From Steroidobacteraceae bacterium (GTDB lineage Bacteria; Pseudomonadota; Gammaproteobacteria; Steroidobacterales; Steroidobacteraceae): a stretch of DNA of 64,000 nucleotides. Under the pieces are notes generated by a model. The model searched no databases and had not been told where the DNA came from. It was given only the letters and a program-made list of their open reading frames with translations. Positions within the stretch are counted from its first letter, which is position 1, and the number at the start of each line of letters is the position of its first letter. Shown in pieces: positions 21,968 to 30,558 of the stretch. Position numbers and translations under genes: made by a program. The DNA lies in contig DASXPL010000002.1 of NCBI GenBank assembly GCA_036493615.1, forward strand, positions 1,995 through 65,994, given 5' to 3'.

Positions 21968-23089
21968 ATGAGTAGCCCGCCCCCGAATCCGCTGCTGGAA
22001 CTGCGCAAGCTCGGCGAGAGTGCCTGGCTGGATGGTATCAGCCGCACCATGATCGAGGACGGCAGCCTCGCCGCCCTGATCAAGGATGACGGCATCGCGG
22101 GACTGACCTCCAACCCCGCCATCTTCGCCAACTCGATCACCACCGATGCCCGCTATGGGGCAGCGATCGCGCGGCTGCTGCCGACGGAGCCCACCAGCGT
22201 CGGCGTCTATGAAGACCTTGCGCTCAAGGACCTCAAGGATGCGGCAGCTTTGCTGCGAGGGTTGTACGACGCCACCGGCGGGGCGGATGGATTCGTGAGC
22301 ATGGAGGTCTCGCCGCACCTGGCCTACGACATCCAGGGCAGCCTCGCCGAGGCCAAGCGACTGTGGGCACGCCTGCAGCTGCCCAACGCACTCATCAAGA
22401 TCCCCGGCACCGAGGCCGGTGTCCCGGTGATCCGCGAGCTGATCACCGCGGGCGTGAATGTGAACGTGACGCTGCTGTTCTCCCCGCAGCGTTACCGGCA
22501 GGTGGCGCAGGCGTACCTGGACGGGCTGAGTGCGCGCGCCGCGCGCGGCGAGGGCGTGGCCACGGTGGCCTCGGTGGCGAGCTTCTTCCTCAGCCGCATC
22601 GACACCGCGGTCGATGCGCAACTGGATGCGCTGGTGGCGCGCGGGGAAGGTGCGGCACGGGCGCTGCGCGGCAAGGCGGCGATCGCCAGCGCCTGCCGCG
22701 CCTACGAGATCTACGAGGAGATACTCGCCGGCTCGCAGTGGCAGGCGCTTGCAGGTCTGGGTGCCCGGCCGCAGCGGCTGCTATGGGCCTCGACCTCGAC
22801 CAAGGACCCGACCTTCAGCCCGGTGAAGTATGTCGAGGAGTTGGTGGTGCCCGATACGGTCAACACCATGCCGCTGGAGACGATCGACACCTACCGGCGC
22901 CTCGGCCGCCCGGCGCTGCGCCTGGAGCGCCACATCGCCGAGTGCGCCGACCAGCGCGAGGCGTTCGAGCGGCTCGGGGTCGATCTGGAGAGCATCGCCC
23001 AGCAGCTCGAGCGCGAGGGCGTCAGCAAATTCATCGAGCCGTTCGACAAGCTGCAACAGTGGCTGGAGAACAAGCGCAAGGCCGGCTGA
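21968..23089 (+). CDS. tal: Transaldolase
   Basis: Contains 'GESAWLDGISRTMI', 'GLTSNPAIFANSI' and 'IKIPGTEAGVPVIRELI'. Confidence 0.9.
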   Translation: MSSPPPNPLLELRKLGESAWLDGISRTMIEDGSLAALIKDDGIAGLTSNPAIFANSITTDARYGAAIARLLPTEPTSVGVYEDLALKDLKDAAALLRGLYDATGGADGFVSMEVSPHLAYDIQGSLAEAKRLWARLQLPNALIKIPGTEAGVPVIRELITAGVNVNVTLLFSPQRYRQVAQAYLDGLSARAARGEGVATVASVASFFLSRIDTAVDAQLDALVARGEGAARALRGKAAIASACRAYEIYEEILAGSQWQALAGLGARPQRLLWASTSTKDPTFSPVKYVEELVVPDTVNTMPLETIDTYRRLGRPALRLERHIAECADQREAFERLGVDLESIAQQLEREGVSKFIEPFDKLQQWLENKRKAG

Positions 23090-23116
23090 ACTGCCGCCGG
23101 CCCGCCGGGGGACACA

Positions 23117-23464
23117 GTGGACAGCGATGCGATACGCGAGCGACTGCGGCGCCGGGCCGCCGAGCTGCGTGAGCGCGCGGTGCGGGCGGACCGGAATCTG
23201 CGCCACGAGGCGGATCCTCTGTCTGCCGATTTTGCCGAGCAGGTGACACAGCGTGAGAACGATGACGTGCTGGGAGCGATCAGCGATTCGGCCAGCGCGG
23301 AGCTGGAGCAGGTCGAGGCGGCGCTGCGACGCCTCGAGCAGGGTTACTACGGCATCTGTGTGGTGTGCGGCGAACCGATCGAGTCGGGCCGGCTGGCCGC
23401 CGTCCCGTACGCGCAGCGCTGCAGCGGCTGCGCGGAATCCGCGGAGGCAGCCGGCGGGCGCTGA
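23117..23464 (+). CDS. TraR/DksA-family C4 zinc-finger protein
   Basis: Contains 'CVVCGEPIESGRLAAVPYAQRCSGC' after a coiled-coil region. Confidence 0.85.
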   Translation: MDSDAIRERLRRRAAELRERAVRADRNLRHEADPLSADFAEQVTQRENDDVLGAISDSASAELEQVEAALRRLEQGYYGICVVCGEPIESGRLAAVPYAQRCSGCAESAEAAGGR

Positions 23465-23479
23465 ACCGGCGCCGCTGCC

Positions 23480-24295
23480 ATGAGCGGCACCCAGCCCCCC
23501 GGGCTCATCACCCTCACGACCGACTTCGGCCACGAGGGTCCGTTCGTCGGTGTCATGAAGGGGGTCATCTGGGGCCGCTTTCCCGGGGCGCACCTGGTGG
23601 ACCTCACCCACGAGATTCTGGCGCACTGGCCGGCCGAGGCAGGTTTCTGGCTGTCACGCGCCGCCCGCTATTTTCCGCGCGGCACCGTGCACGTGGCGGT
23701 CGTGGACCCGGGCGTGGGGACCTCGCGCAGCAACCTCGTGGTAGAGGCGGACGGCCAGGTGTTCCTCGCCCCGGACAACGGCCTGCTGGCCCCGGTGGTC
23801 ACGCGCGCCCGCGAGGCGCTCATCGTGCGCCTGGGCGCCGCCCAGCTGGCGCGCCTGGGCATCCAGCGCCCGAGCGCGACCTTCCACGGCCGCGACGTGT
23901 TCGCCCCGGTCGCCGCGGAGCTGGCCGCCGGGCGCGTGAATCCGCGTGACCTGGGCGAGGTGACTGACACCCTGGTGCCCTCCTGGGTAGAGGAACCCAC
24001 GGTGGACACCCGCAGCGTCGCCGGCATCGTGATCACCCTCGACCACTTCGGCAACCTCATCACCAACATCGACGCCTCCCTGATCGAGCGCTTCCGCCTG
24101 CCGCTGGTCCACGCCGGCAATCATCATTTCGACCTGCTGCGCACCTATGCCGATACCCGCCCCGGGGAATATCTGGCGCTCATCAACTCCTTCGGGGTGC
24201 TGGAAATCGCCCGGGCGGAGAACAGCGCCGCCGAGGGGCTGGGCCTGAGCCGCGGGGCACCGGTCATCGTCCGCGATCGCACCGACCAGCCCTGA
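23480..24295 (+). CDS. SAM hydroxide adenosyltransferase / SAM hydrolase (DUF62, chlorinase/fluorinase-like)
   Basis: Contains 'ITLTTDFGHEGPFVGVMKGVI', 'HVAVVDPGVGT' and 'ATFHGRDVFAPVAA'. Confidence 0.88.
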   Translation: MSGTQPPGLITLTTDFGHEGPFVGVMKGVIWGRFPGAHLVDLTHEILAHWPAEAGFWLSRAARYFPRGTVHVAVVDPGVGTSRSNLVVEADGQVFLAPDNGLLAPVVTRAREALIVRLGAAQLARLGIQRPSATFHGRDVFAPVAAELAAGRVNPRDLGEVTDTLVPSWVEEPTVDTRSVAGIVITLDHFGNLITNIDASLIERFRLPLVHAGNHHFDLLRTYADTRPGEYLALINSFGVLEIARAENSAAEGLGLSRGAPVIVRDRTDQP

Positions 24296-24415
24296 AGTGC
24301 CCCGGTTTCACGCCGCTACGCCCACGCCTGCGCCAGTTCCCCCGGGGCTCGGCAGCCGGCAAGTGGTTAAAAGTTGATCGCCGGCGCGAATCCGCTATAG
24401 TTCGCAGCCTTGTCT

Positions 24416-24430
24416 GTGCCATTTTGGCAC
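24416..24430. promoter_or_regulatory. Perfect 15-bp palindrome GTGCCA-TTT-TGGCAC (candidate operator)
   Basis: Read directly from the sequence. It lies in an AT-richer island 38 nt upstream of the ATG at 24468. Confidence 0.3.
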
Positions 24431-24467
24431 CTTACTTATTGAATTAACTCGGGATTTACGCCCCCAG

Positions 24468-24683
24468 ATGTCGGAACGAGACAACGAGAGCTTCGACCTC
24501 GATGATGAATTTCTGGTCGGCCAGCCTGAAGACGGCACCGATTACGACCGCCTGCTGGATCGGGTGGACAAGCGCGTGCGCACCCAGGGCAAGCGGGGCA
24601 AGGCCGCCTGGAGCAAGCTCGAGGAAGTGCTTGCCGACAAGAAACTCGAGAAAGACCTCAAAGACTTCGACGACGAGCTGTAG
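24468..24683 (+). CDS. Small acidic protein (possibly the PA3496-type envelope-integrity family)
   Basis: 71 aa: an acidic N-terminus, a basic centre and 'LEEVLADKKLEKDLKDFDDEL'. The family assignment is from memory only. Confidence 0.55.
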   Translation: MSERDNESFDLDDEFLVGQPEDGTDYDRLLDRVDKRVRTQGKRGKAAWSKLEEVLADKKLEKDLKDFDDEL

Positions 24684-24779
24684 TTTCCTGCGGCGCATGC
24701 GCCCGAGCTACCGGCTCCGCCACGGAAAGGCCGCCCGCTTGCAGGCTTTTGCCTCCCCACACCCCCGCGCAGCGCCCCT

Positions 24780-27359
24780 GTGAGTACGCCTTCGGCCTGG
24801 ATCGTGCTCAAGTTCGGCGGCACGAGCGTCTCGAGCCTGTCCAACTGGACCAACATCGCCGCCATCGCGGCCGAGCGCCGTGCCAGTGGGGCGCGCGTGC
24901 TCATCGTGCACTCGGCCATCTCCGGCATCACCGACCGCCTGGAGCGCCTGCTGGATGCGGCCATCGGCCAGGCCCAGGAAGAGGAGCTGTGCGGGATCGA
25001 GGAGCGCCACCGGCGCCTGGGTGCCGATCTGGATGTCGCGCTGCCCGAGGAAGTCGAGCGCCACCTGGCGGAGCTGCGCGAGATCGCCGCCGGGGTGGCG
25101 CTGGTCGGGGAGGTGAGCGAGCGCACCCGCGCGCGCGTCATGGCGAGCGGGGAGCTGATGGCCACGCACATTGGCGCGCGCTTCCTGCGCGCGCGAGGCC
25201 TGGATGTCGCCTGGATGGACGCGCGCACCATGCTCAGGTCCGAGCGCGCAGGCGGGGCAGTGCGGCCCAGCATGCTCTCGGCGACCTGCAGCTTCGCCCC
25301 CGATGCGGCCCTCGAGGCGCAGCTCACCGGATTGCCGCCGATCGTCATCACCCAGGGCTTCATCGCCAGCGACGAGGACGCCAACACCGTGCTGCTCGGG
25401 CGCGGCGGCTCGGACACCTCCGCGGCCTATCTTGCGGCCAAGCTGCGCGCGCAGCGGCTGGAGATCTGGACGGATGTTCCGGGACTGTTCAGCGCCGACC
25501 CGCGCTTCACCCCGACCGCACGCCTGCTGCGCGCACTGCACTACGACGAGGCGCAGGAGATCGCCACCAGCGGGGCGAAGGTGCTGCATCCGCGCTGCAT
25601 TCTGCCGGCCCGGCAGTACCGCATCCCGCTGCACGTCTACGCCACCCAGGCCCCGCAGCTGCAGGGTACGGTGCTCGGCGCCGAGGCGGTGGACGGGGCT
25701 GCGCAGGTGAAGGCGGTGTGCACCAAGAAGGGCATCACGCTGGTGTCGATGGACAGCCCCGGGATGTGGCATCAGGTGGGCTTCCTCGCCGATGCCTTCC
25801 AGGTGTTCAAGAGCCACGGTATGTCGGTGGACCTGGTGTCCACCTCCGAGACCAACGTGACGGTCTCGCTGGATCCTGCCGCCAACACCCTCGACAACGC
25901 GCGCGTCGCGGACCTGGTGGCCGAGCTGTCACGGCTGTGCCGGGTGCAGGTGATCGGCCCGTGCGCCTCGGTGAGCCTGGTGGGGCGCAACATCCGCGCG
26001 ATCCTGCACCAGCTCGGCGGCGCCTTCGAGTTCTTCGAGGAGCAGAAGATCTACCTGGTCAGCCAGGCGGCCAACGACCTGAACTTCACCTTCGTCGTCG
26101 ATGAGAACCAGGGGCATCGCCTGGTGGAACAGCTGCACGAGCTTCTGATCCGCCCGTCGCCGGCGGATCGCGTGTTCGGTCCCACCTGGCAGCAGCTGTT
26201 CTCCAAACCCGAGGCGCGCGCGGCGCAGGGCACGCCCTGGTGGAATACGCGCCGCGTGGAGCTGTTGAGCGCCTTCGCCGCTCACGATGCCGCCTACGTG
26301 TACGACCTCGCCCAGGTGCGCACGGCGGCGCGCGCGCTGCGCGCTCTGCAGTCGATCGGCCGCGTGCATTACTCGGTGAAGGCGAACCCGCACCCGCAGG
26401 TGCTCACGGCGTTGCGCGCCGAGGGCATCGAGTTCGAGTGCGTTTCGCGCGGCGAGGTCGAGCGGCTGTTGACCCTGTTCCCGGACCTGGACCGCGCGCG
26501 CATCCTCTACACCCCGAACTTTGCCGCACGCGCCGAATACGCCTGGGCGCTCGGGGCGGGCGTGCGCGTCACCGTCGACAACACCTACGTGCTTGCCAGC
26601 TGGCCGCAGTTGTTTCGCGGCCACGACATCTTCGTGCGCATCGACACCGGCGTGGGCCGCGGCCACCATGATCACGTGCGCACCGCCGGCACGCGCTCCA
26701 AGTTCGGGGTGCAGCTGTCCGAGTCGCGCGTGCTCACCGGGCTGGCGCAGGCCGCCGGCGCGCGCATCACCGGGCTGCAGGCGCACGTGGGCAGCGGGGT
26801 GTTCGATGTCACCAGCTGGGAGCACACCGCACGCGTGCTGGCCACAGCGGCCAGGGGGTTCGAGGAGCTCCAGGTGATCGATGTCGGTGGCGGCCTCGGG
26901 GTGCCGGAGCACCCGGAACAGCCGGGCGTCGACCTCGCCAAGCTCGACACGCTGCTCATGGCCGTGCGCGCCGAGCACCCGCAGCTTGAGGTGTGGCTCG
27001 AGCCGGGACGCTACCTCATCGCCGCCGCCGGGGTGCTGCTCGCGCGCGTCACGCAGCTGAAGTCAAAGGGCGGCGTGCGTTTCGTGGGCGTGGCGACCGG
27101 CATGAACTCGCTCATCCGCCCGGCGCTGTACGGCTCCTACCACGAGATCGCCAACCTCACGCGCCTGGGCGAGCCGGCCACCGAGCCAGTGAGCGTCGTC
27201 GGCCCAATCTGCGAAAGCGCCGACGTGCTCGGCCACGACCGGCTGCTGCCGGTCACGCGCGAGGGGGACGTGCTGCTGGTGGCCAACGCCGGCGCCTACG
27301 GGCACGCGATGAGCTCGCACTACAACCTCCGGGACCCGGCGCCGGAGCTGTTCCTCTGA
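24780..27359 (+). CDS. lysA: Bifunctional aspartate kinase / diaminopimelate decarboxylase (LysC-LysA fusion)
   Basis: The N-terminal half is an aspartokinase ('VLKFGGTSV', ACT region). The C-terminal half is a PLP decarboxylase ('YSVKANPHPQVL', 'IDVGGGLGV', 'EPGRYL'). GTG start. Confidence 0.92.
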   Translation: MSTPSAWIVLKFGGTSVSSLSNWTNIAAIAAERRASGARVLIVHSAISGITDRLERLLDAAIGQAQEEELCGIEERHRRLGADLDVALPEEVERHLAELREIAAGVALVGEVSERTRARVMASGELMATHIGARFLRARGLDVAWMDARTMLRSERAGGAVRPSMLSATCSFAPDAALEAQLTGLPPIVITQGFIASDEDANTVLLGRGGSDTSAAYLAAKLRAQRLEIWTDVPGLFSADPRFTPTARLLRALHYDEAQEIATSGAKVLHPRCILPARQYRIPLHVYATQAPQLQGTVLGAEAVDGAAQVKAVCTKKGITLVSMDSPGMWHQVGFLADAFQVFKSHGMSVDLVSTSETNVTVSLDPAANTLDNARVADLVAELSRLCRVQVIGPCASVSLVGRNIRAILHQLGGAFEFFEEQKIYLVSQAANDLNFTFVVDENQGHRLVEQLHELLIRPSPADRVFGPTWQQLFSKPEARAAQGTPWWNTRRVELLSAFAAHDAAYVYDLAQVRTAARALRALQSIGRVHYSVKANPHPQVLTALRAEGIEFECVSRGEVERLLTLFPDLDRARILYTPNFAARAEYAWALGAGVRVTVDNTYVLASWPQLFRGHDIFVRIDTGVGRGHHDHVRTAGTRSKFGVQLSESRVLTGLAQAAGARITGLQAHVGSGVFDVTSWEHTARVLATAARGFEELQVIDVGGGLGVPEHPEQPGVDLAKLDTLLMAVRAEHPQLEVWLEPGRYLIAAAGVLLARVTQLKSKGGVRFVGVATGMNSLIRPALYGSYHEIANLTRLGEPATEPVSVVGPICESADVLGHDRLLPVTREGDVLLVANAGAYGHAMSSHYNLRDPAPELFL

Positions 27360-29575
27360 AGCTCAAGCGCCCCCTGATTTTCGCCGCCGGCGTGCTGCTG
27401 GTCGCCGCGCTCGGCTACGTCTGGTACCTGGATCACCTGGTCACCAGCCAGTTCGAGGGCCGGCGCTGGACGCTGCCGGCGCAGGTATATGCCGCGCCCC
27501 TGGAACTGTACGCGGGCCTGGATCTTGCGCCCGCGGAGCTCGAGCACGAGCTGCAGCGCCTGCACTACCGCCGCGCCGATGCCCTCGAGCGGCCGGGCAC
27601 CTATCGCCTCACGGGCAGTCACCTGGAAGTAGCGCTGCGTCCGGCGCGCTTTGCCGATGAGAGCCGCGCGGCGATGGTGCTCACCATCACGGCCGGGCCC
27701 AAGGCCCTGGAGGGCCTGCGCGATGCCAGCGGGCACGAGGTGCCGGTGCTGCGCCTGGAGCCGCTGCTGATCGGCAGCATCTTCCCCAGCCACGGCGAGG
27801 ACCGCATCGTGGTCTCACCCGCTGAGGTGCCCGCGCTGCTGCCGGCGGCGCTCAAGGCGGTCGAGGACCGCAAGTTCGACACGCACCACGGGGTGGACCC
27901 TGCCGGCATCCTGCGCGCGATGTGGGTGAACGCGCGCGCCGGGCAGATCGAGCAGGGCGCGAGCACGCTCACGCAGCAGCTGGTGCGCAGCTACTTCCTG
28001 GATTCGCGCCAGACCCTCTCGCGCAAGCTGCGCGAGGCGTTCATGGCGATGGCCCTGGATGCGCACTTCACCAAGGCGGACCTCATGAACGCCTACATCA
28101 ACGAGATCTTCCTCGGCCAGGACGGCGAGCGCGCCATCCACGGCTTCGGCCTCGCGAGCCAGTTCTACTTCGGCAAGCCGCTCGCGGAGCTGGACCTGTC
28201 CGAGGTGGCGCTGCTGGTGGCAATCGTGCGCGGCCCTTCCTACTACGATCCGCGCCGCCATGCCGAGCGGGCGCGCGCGCGGCGCGACCTGGTGCTCAAG
28301 GTAATGGCCGAGCAGGGCATCGTGACGCCGGCGCAGGCCAGCGCCGCCGCGCACCGTCCGCTCGGGGTCAGCGCGCGCCCTGCCGGGGCGTACTTCCCCG
28401 CATACCTGGACTTCGTGCGCCGCACGCTGCGCCGCGACTATCACGAGGCGGACCTCACCGAGGCGGGCCTGCGCATCTACACCAGCCTCGAGCCACGCGC
28501 CCAGGAGGAGAGCGAGCGGGCGCTCGAGCAGGAGCTGGCGCGGCTGGACAAGCTGAAGAAGCACGCCGGGCAGTCCCTCGAGGGCGCGGTGGTGGTGACT
28601 GCGCCCCAGAGCGGGGACGTGATTGCCATCGTCGGCGGCCGCGATGTCGGCTACGACGGCTTTGACCGCGCCCTCGATGCCCACCGCTCCATGGGCTCGC
28701 TGGTGAAGCCGTTCATCTACCTGACCGCGCTGGAGAGCGGCCGCTACAATGCCACCACGGTGGTGCAGGATGAGCCGGTGGACGTGAAGCTCGAGGGCGG
28801 CAAGCACTGGAAGCCGGAGAACTTCACCCGCCAGGTGTACGGCCCGGTGCCGGTGGTACGCGCACTCTCCGAGTCGCTGAACCTTGCCACCGTCGGAGTC
28901 GGGCTGGACTTAGGACTGGCGAAGGTGGCGCAGACGCTGACGCGCTTCGGCCTTCCCGAACCGCCGGTGGCGGTGCCGGCGATGCTCCTGGGTGCGGTCG
29001 ATGTCTCCCCGCTCACCGCGGCGCAGATGTTCAATGGCATCGCCAACGGCGGCTTCCACAACCCGCTGCGCGCGGTGCGCGCGGTGATCTCAGGCGACGG
29101 CAAGGCCGTGAAGGCCTTCCCGCTGCAGGTGACCCAGGTGGCATCGCCGGAGAATGTCTACCAGCTGGACCGCATGATGGTGCTGGTGATGGAGCACGGC
29201 ACGGGGCGCTCCGCGCGCGCCGTGCTGCCGCCGGCCCTCACGGTGGCGGGCAAGTCGGGGACCTCCTCGGACTACCGCGACAGCTGGTTCGCCGGCTTCT
29301 CCGGCAGCCACCTGGTGGTGGTGTGGGTGGGGTATGACGACAACGAGCCCACCGGCTTTACCGGCTCGGCCGGTGCGCTGCCGGTGTGGGCGCGCATCAT
29401 GGCCAACCTGGGGACGCGCTCCTGGGAGACGGCGATGCCGGAGAGCCTCACCGAGGCTTCGATCGAGTTCGACACCGGGCTGCGCGCCCAGGCGGACTGT
29501 GGGACGGACCTGGTCGTGGTTGCAGTGCCCGCCGGGACGGCGATCGCGCCCAAGCCCGGCTGCAGCCTGCATTGA
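27356..29575 (+). CDS. mrcB: Penicillin-binding protein 1B (glycosyltransferase/transpeptidase)
   Basis: Contains 'FEGRRWTLPAQVYA', the GT51 motifs 'EDRKFDTHHGVD' and 'GASTLTQQLV', and a transpeptidase domain. The start is inferred as CTG at 27356 (see findings). Confidence 0.85.
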   Translation: MKLKRPLIFAAGVLLVAALGYVWYLDHLVTSQFEGRRWTLPAQVYAAPLELYAGLDLAPAELEHELQRLHYRRADALERPGTYRLTGSHLEVALRPARFADESRAAMVLTITAGPKALEGLRDASGHEVPVLRLEPLLIGSIFPSHGEDRIVVSPAEVPALLPAALKAVEDRKFDTHHGVDPAGILRAMWVNARAGQIEQGASTLTQQLVRSYFLDSRQTLSRKLREAFMAMALDAHFTKADLMNAYINEIFLGQDGERAIHGFGLASQFYFGKPLAELDLSEVALLVAIVRGPSYYDPRRHAERARARRDLVLKVMAEQGIVTPAQASAAAHRPLGVSARPAGAYFPAYLDFVRRTLRRDYHEADLTEAGLRIYTSLEPRAQEESERALEQELARLDKLKKHAGQSLEGAVVVTAPQSGDVIAIVGGRDVGYDGFDRALDAHRSMGSLVKPFIYLTALESGRYNATTVVQDEPVDVKLEGGKHWKPENFTRQVYGPVPVVRALSESLNLATVGVGLDLGLAKVAQTLTRFGLPEPPVAVPAMLLGAVDVSPLTAAQMFNGIANGGFHNPLRAVRAVISGDGKAVKAFPLQVTQVASPENVYQLDRMMVLVMEHGTGRSARAVLPPALTVAGKSGTSSDYRDSWFAGFSGSHLVVVWVGYDDNEPTGFTGSAGALPVWARIMANLGTRSWETAMPESLTEASIEFDTGLRAQADCGTDLVVVAVPAGTAIAPKPGCSLH

Positions 29576-29628
29576 GGATTGCAGCGCGCCCCACCGTACG
29601 GTCAAGTTCAGTCGCGATATCATGCGGC

Positions 29629-30177
29629 ATGCACTCGTGCCTGCCCGCACTCGCCCTGTGTGCCATTGCCCTGAGTGGTTGCGCGCTGCGCGCCCCGGCG
29701 CCGAGCTTTCCCGCAAAACCCTCGCATCCTTCGCCCTCCGGGACCGCCCAGCCGGCCCCGGGCACCCCCGCCGCACCCACGGAAGCCACTCCGGTCCCGT
29801 CCCCCGAGAAGCCCTACACCCCGGCACCCCGGCAGTTTCGGCTCGGGGCCGCCTCGCAGGCCCTGGTGGGTCAGGCGCACCAGCAGTCCGCCGCCGGGGA
29901 CTACGCCGGGGCTGCGGCCACGGTCGAGCGGGCGCTGCGCATCGAACCTGACAACCCGCTGCTGTGGACCGAGCTGGGCCGGATCCGCATGGGGGAGAGC
30001 AACCCCGCGCAGGCCGAGGCCATGGGCCGCAAGGCCCTGGCACTGGCCACCGGCGACCCGGCTGCCCAGTCCGGGGCGTGGCACCTCATCGCCGATTCGC
30101 TGCGTGCACGGGGCAAGAACGGCGAGGCGGCCGACGCGGACCGCCGCTCGGCGGCGGCCAGTCCCCACGCCAGCTGA
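29629..30177 (+). CDS. TPR-containing lipoprotein
   Basis: Lipobox 'IALSGC', a Pro-rich linker, and TPR-like 'YAGAAATVERALRIEPDNPLLWTELGRI'. Confidence 0.7.
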   Translation: MHSCLPALALCAIALSGCALRAPAPSFPAKPSHPSPSGTAQPAPGTPAAPTEATPVPSPEKPYTPAPRQFRLGAASQALVGQAHQQSAAGDYAGAAATVERALRIEPDNPLLWTELGRIRMGESNPAQAEAMGRKALALATGDPAAQSGAWHLIADSLRARGKNGEAADADRRSAAASPHAS

Positions 30178-30261
30178 CCAGGGTCACAACTGGCTGCTCG
30201 GGAGCGCCTTCCTAACCCAGCTTGCTTGCACGCAGCCTCACTCGCCCCGTAGACTTGTCCT

Positions 30262-30382
30262 TACTCATCGAGACCGGCTGAGGGAATAGGCCCAAAGACG
30301 CCGGGGCAACCGCCAGGACCAACCACCCTGGAAAGGTGCTACGTCCTGCGACATCGTCTCCTCGGATGTCGACAGATGAGCG
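30262..30382 (+). promoter_or_regulatory. SAM-I (S-box) riboswitch
   Basis: P1 is CTCATC...GATGAG. Core strings are 'GAGACCGGCTGAGGGAATAGGCCCAAAGACGCCGGGGCAACC' and 'GGTGCTACGTCCTGC', followed by a P4 hairpin (CGACATCG/CGGATGTCG). It lies upstream of metB. Confidence 0.8.
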
Positions 30383-30558
30383 GTCTGCGTGGCCTTTCCG
30401 GCAACGGGAGGATGGACGCGACATATCCGCCCAAGGGTCCCCTTGTACGGATGCGCTCCCCAGGACTGACGATGAGACGTGTCAGTCATTGAGTGGAGTT
30501 TGCCAAATGCGCGCCCCCGATATTTCCGTCCCTGCCGCCCCTGTTTCGGGGGTGTGCC

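Noticed and set aside
24425-24445. A sigma54 promoter (TGGCAC-N5-TT..).
   Set aside because: The -12 element reads TTAT rather than TTGC, and no enhancer-binding-protein gene is nearby. It is more simply the right arm of the palindrome.
24692-24703. A 12-bp palindrome, GGCGCATGCGCC, after the small acidic gene as a terminator.
   Set aside because: The stem is too short, there is no loop allowance and no U-tract. Such GC palindromes occur by chance in this composition.
26993-27355. An ATG-initiated 120-aa N-terminal extension of the PBP1B ORF, as listed in the ORF track.
   Set aside because: It lies entirely inside lysC-lysA in another frame. Its translation is Arg/Ala/Pro-rich shadow-frame sequence with no similarity to PBP1B cytoplasmic tails.
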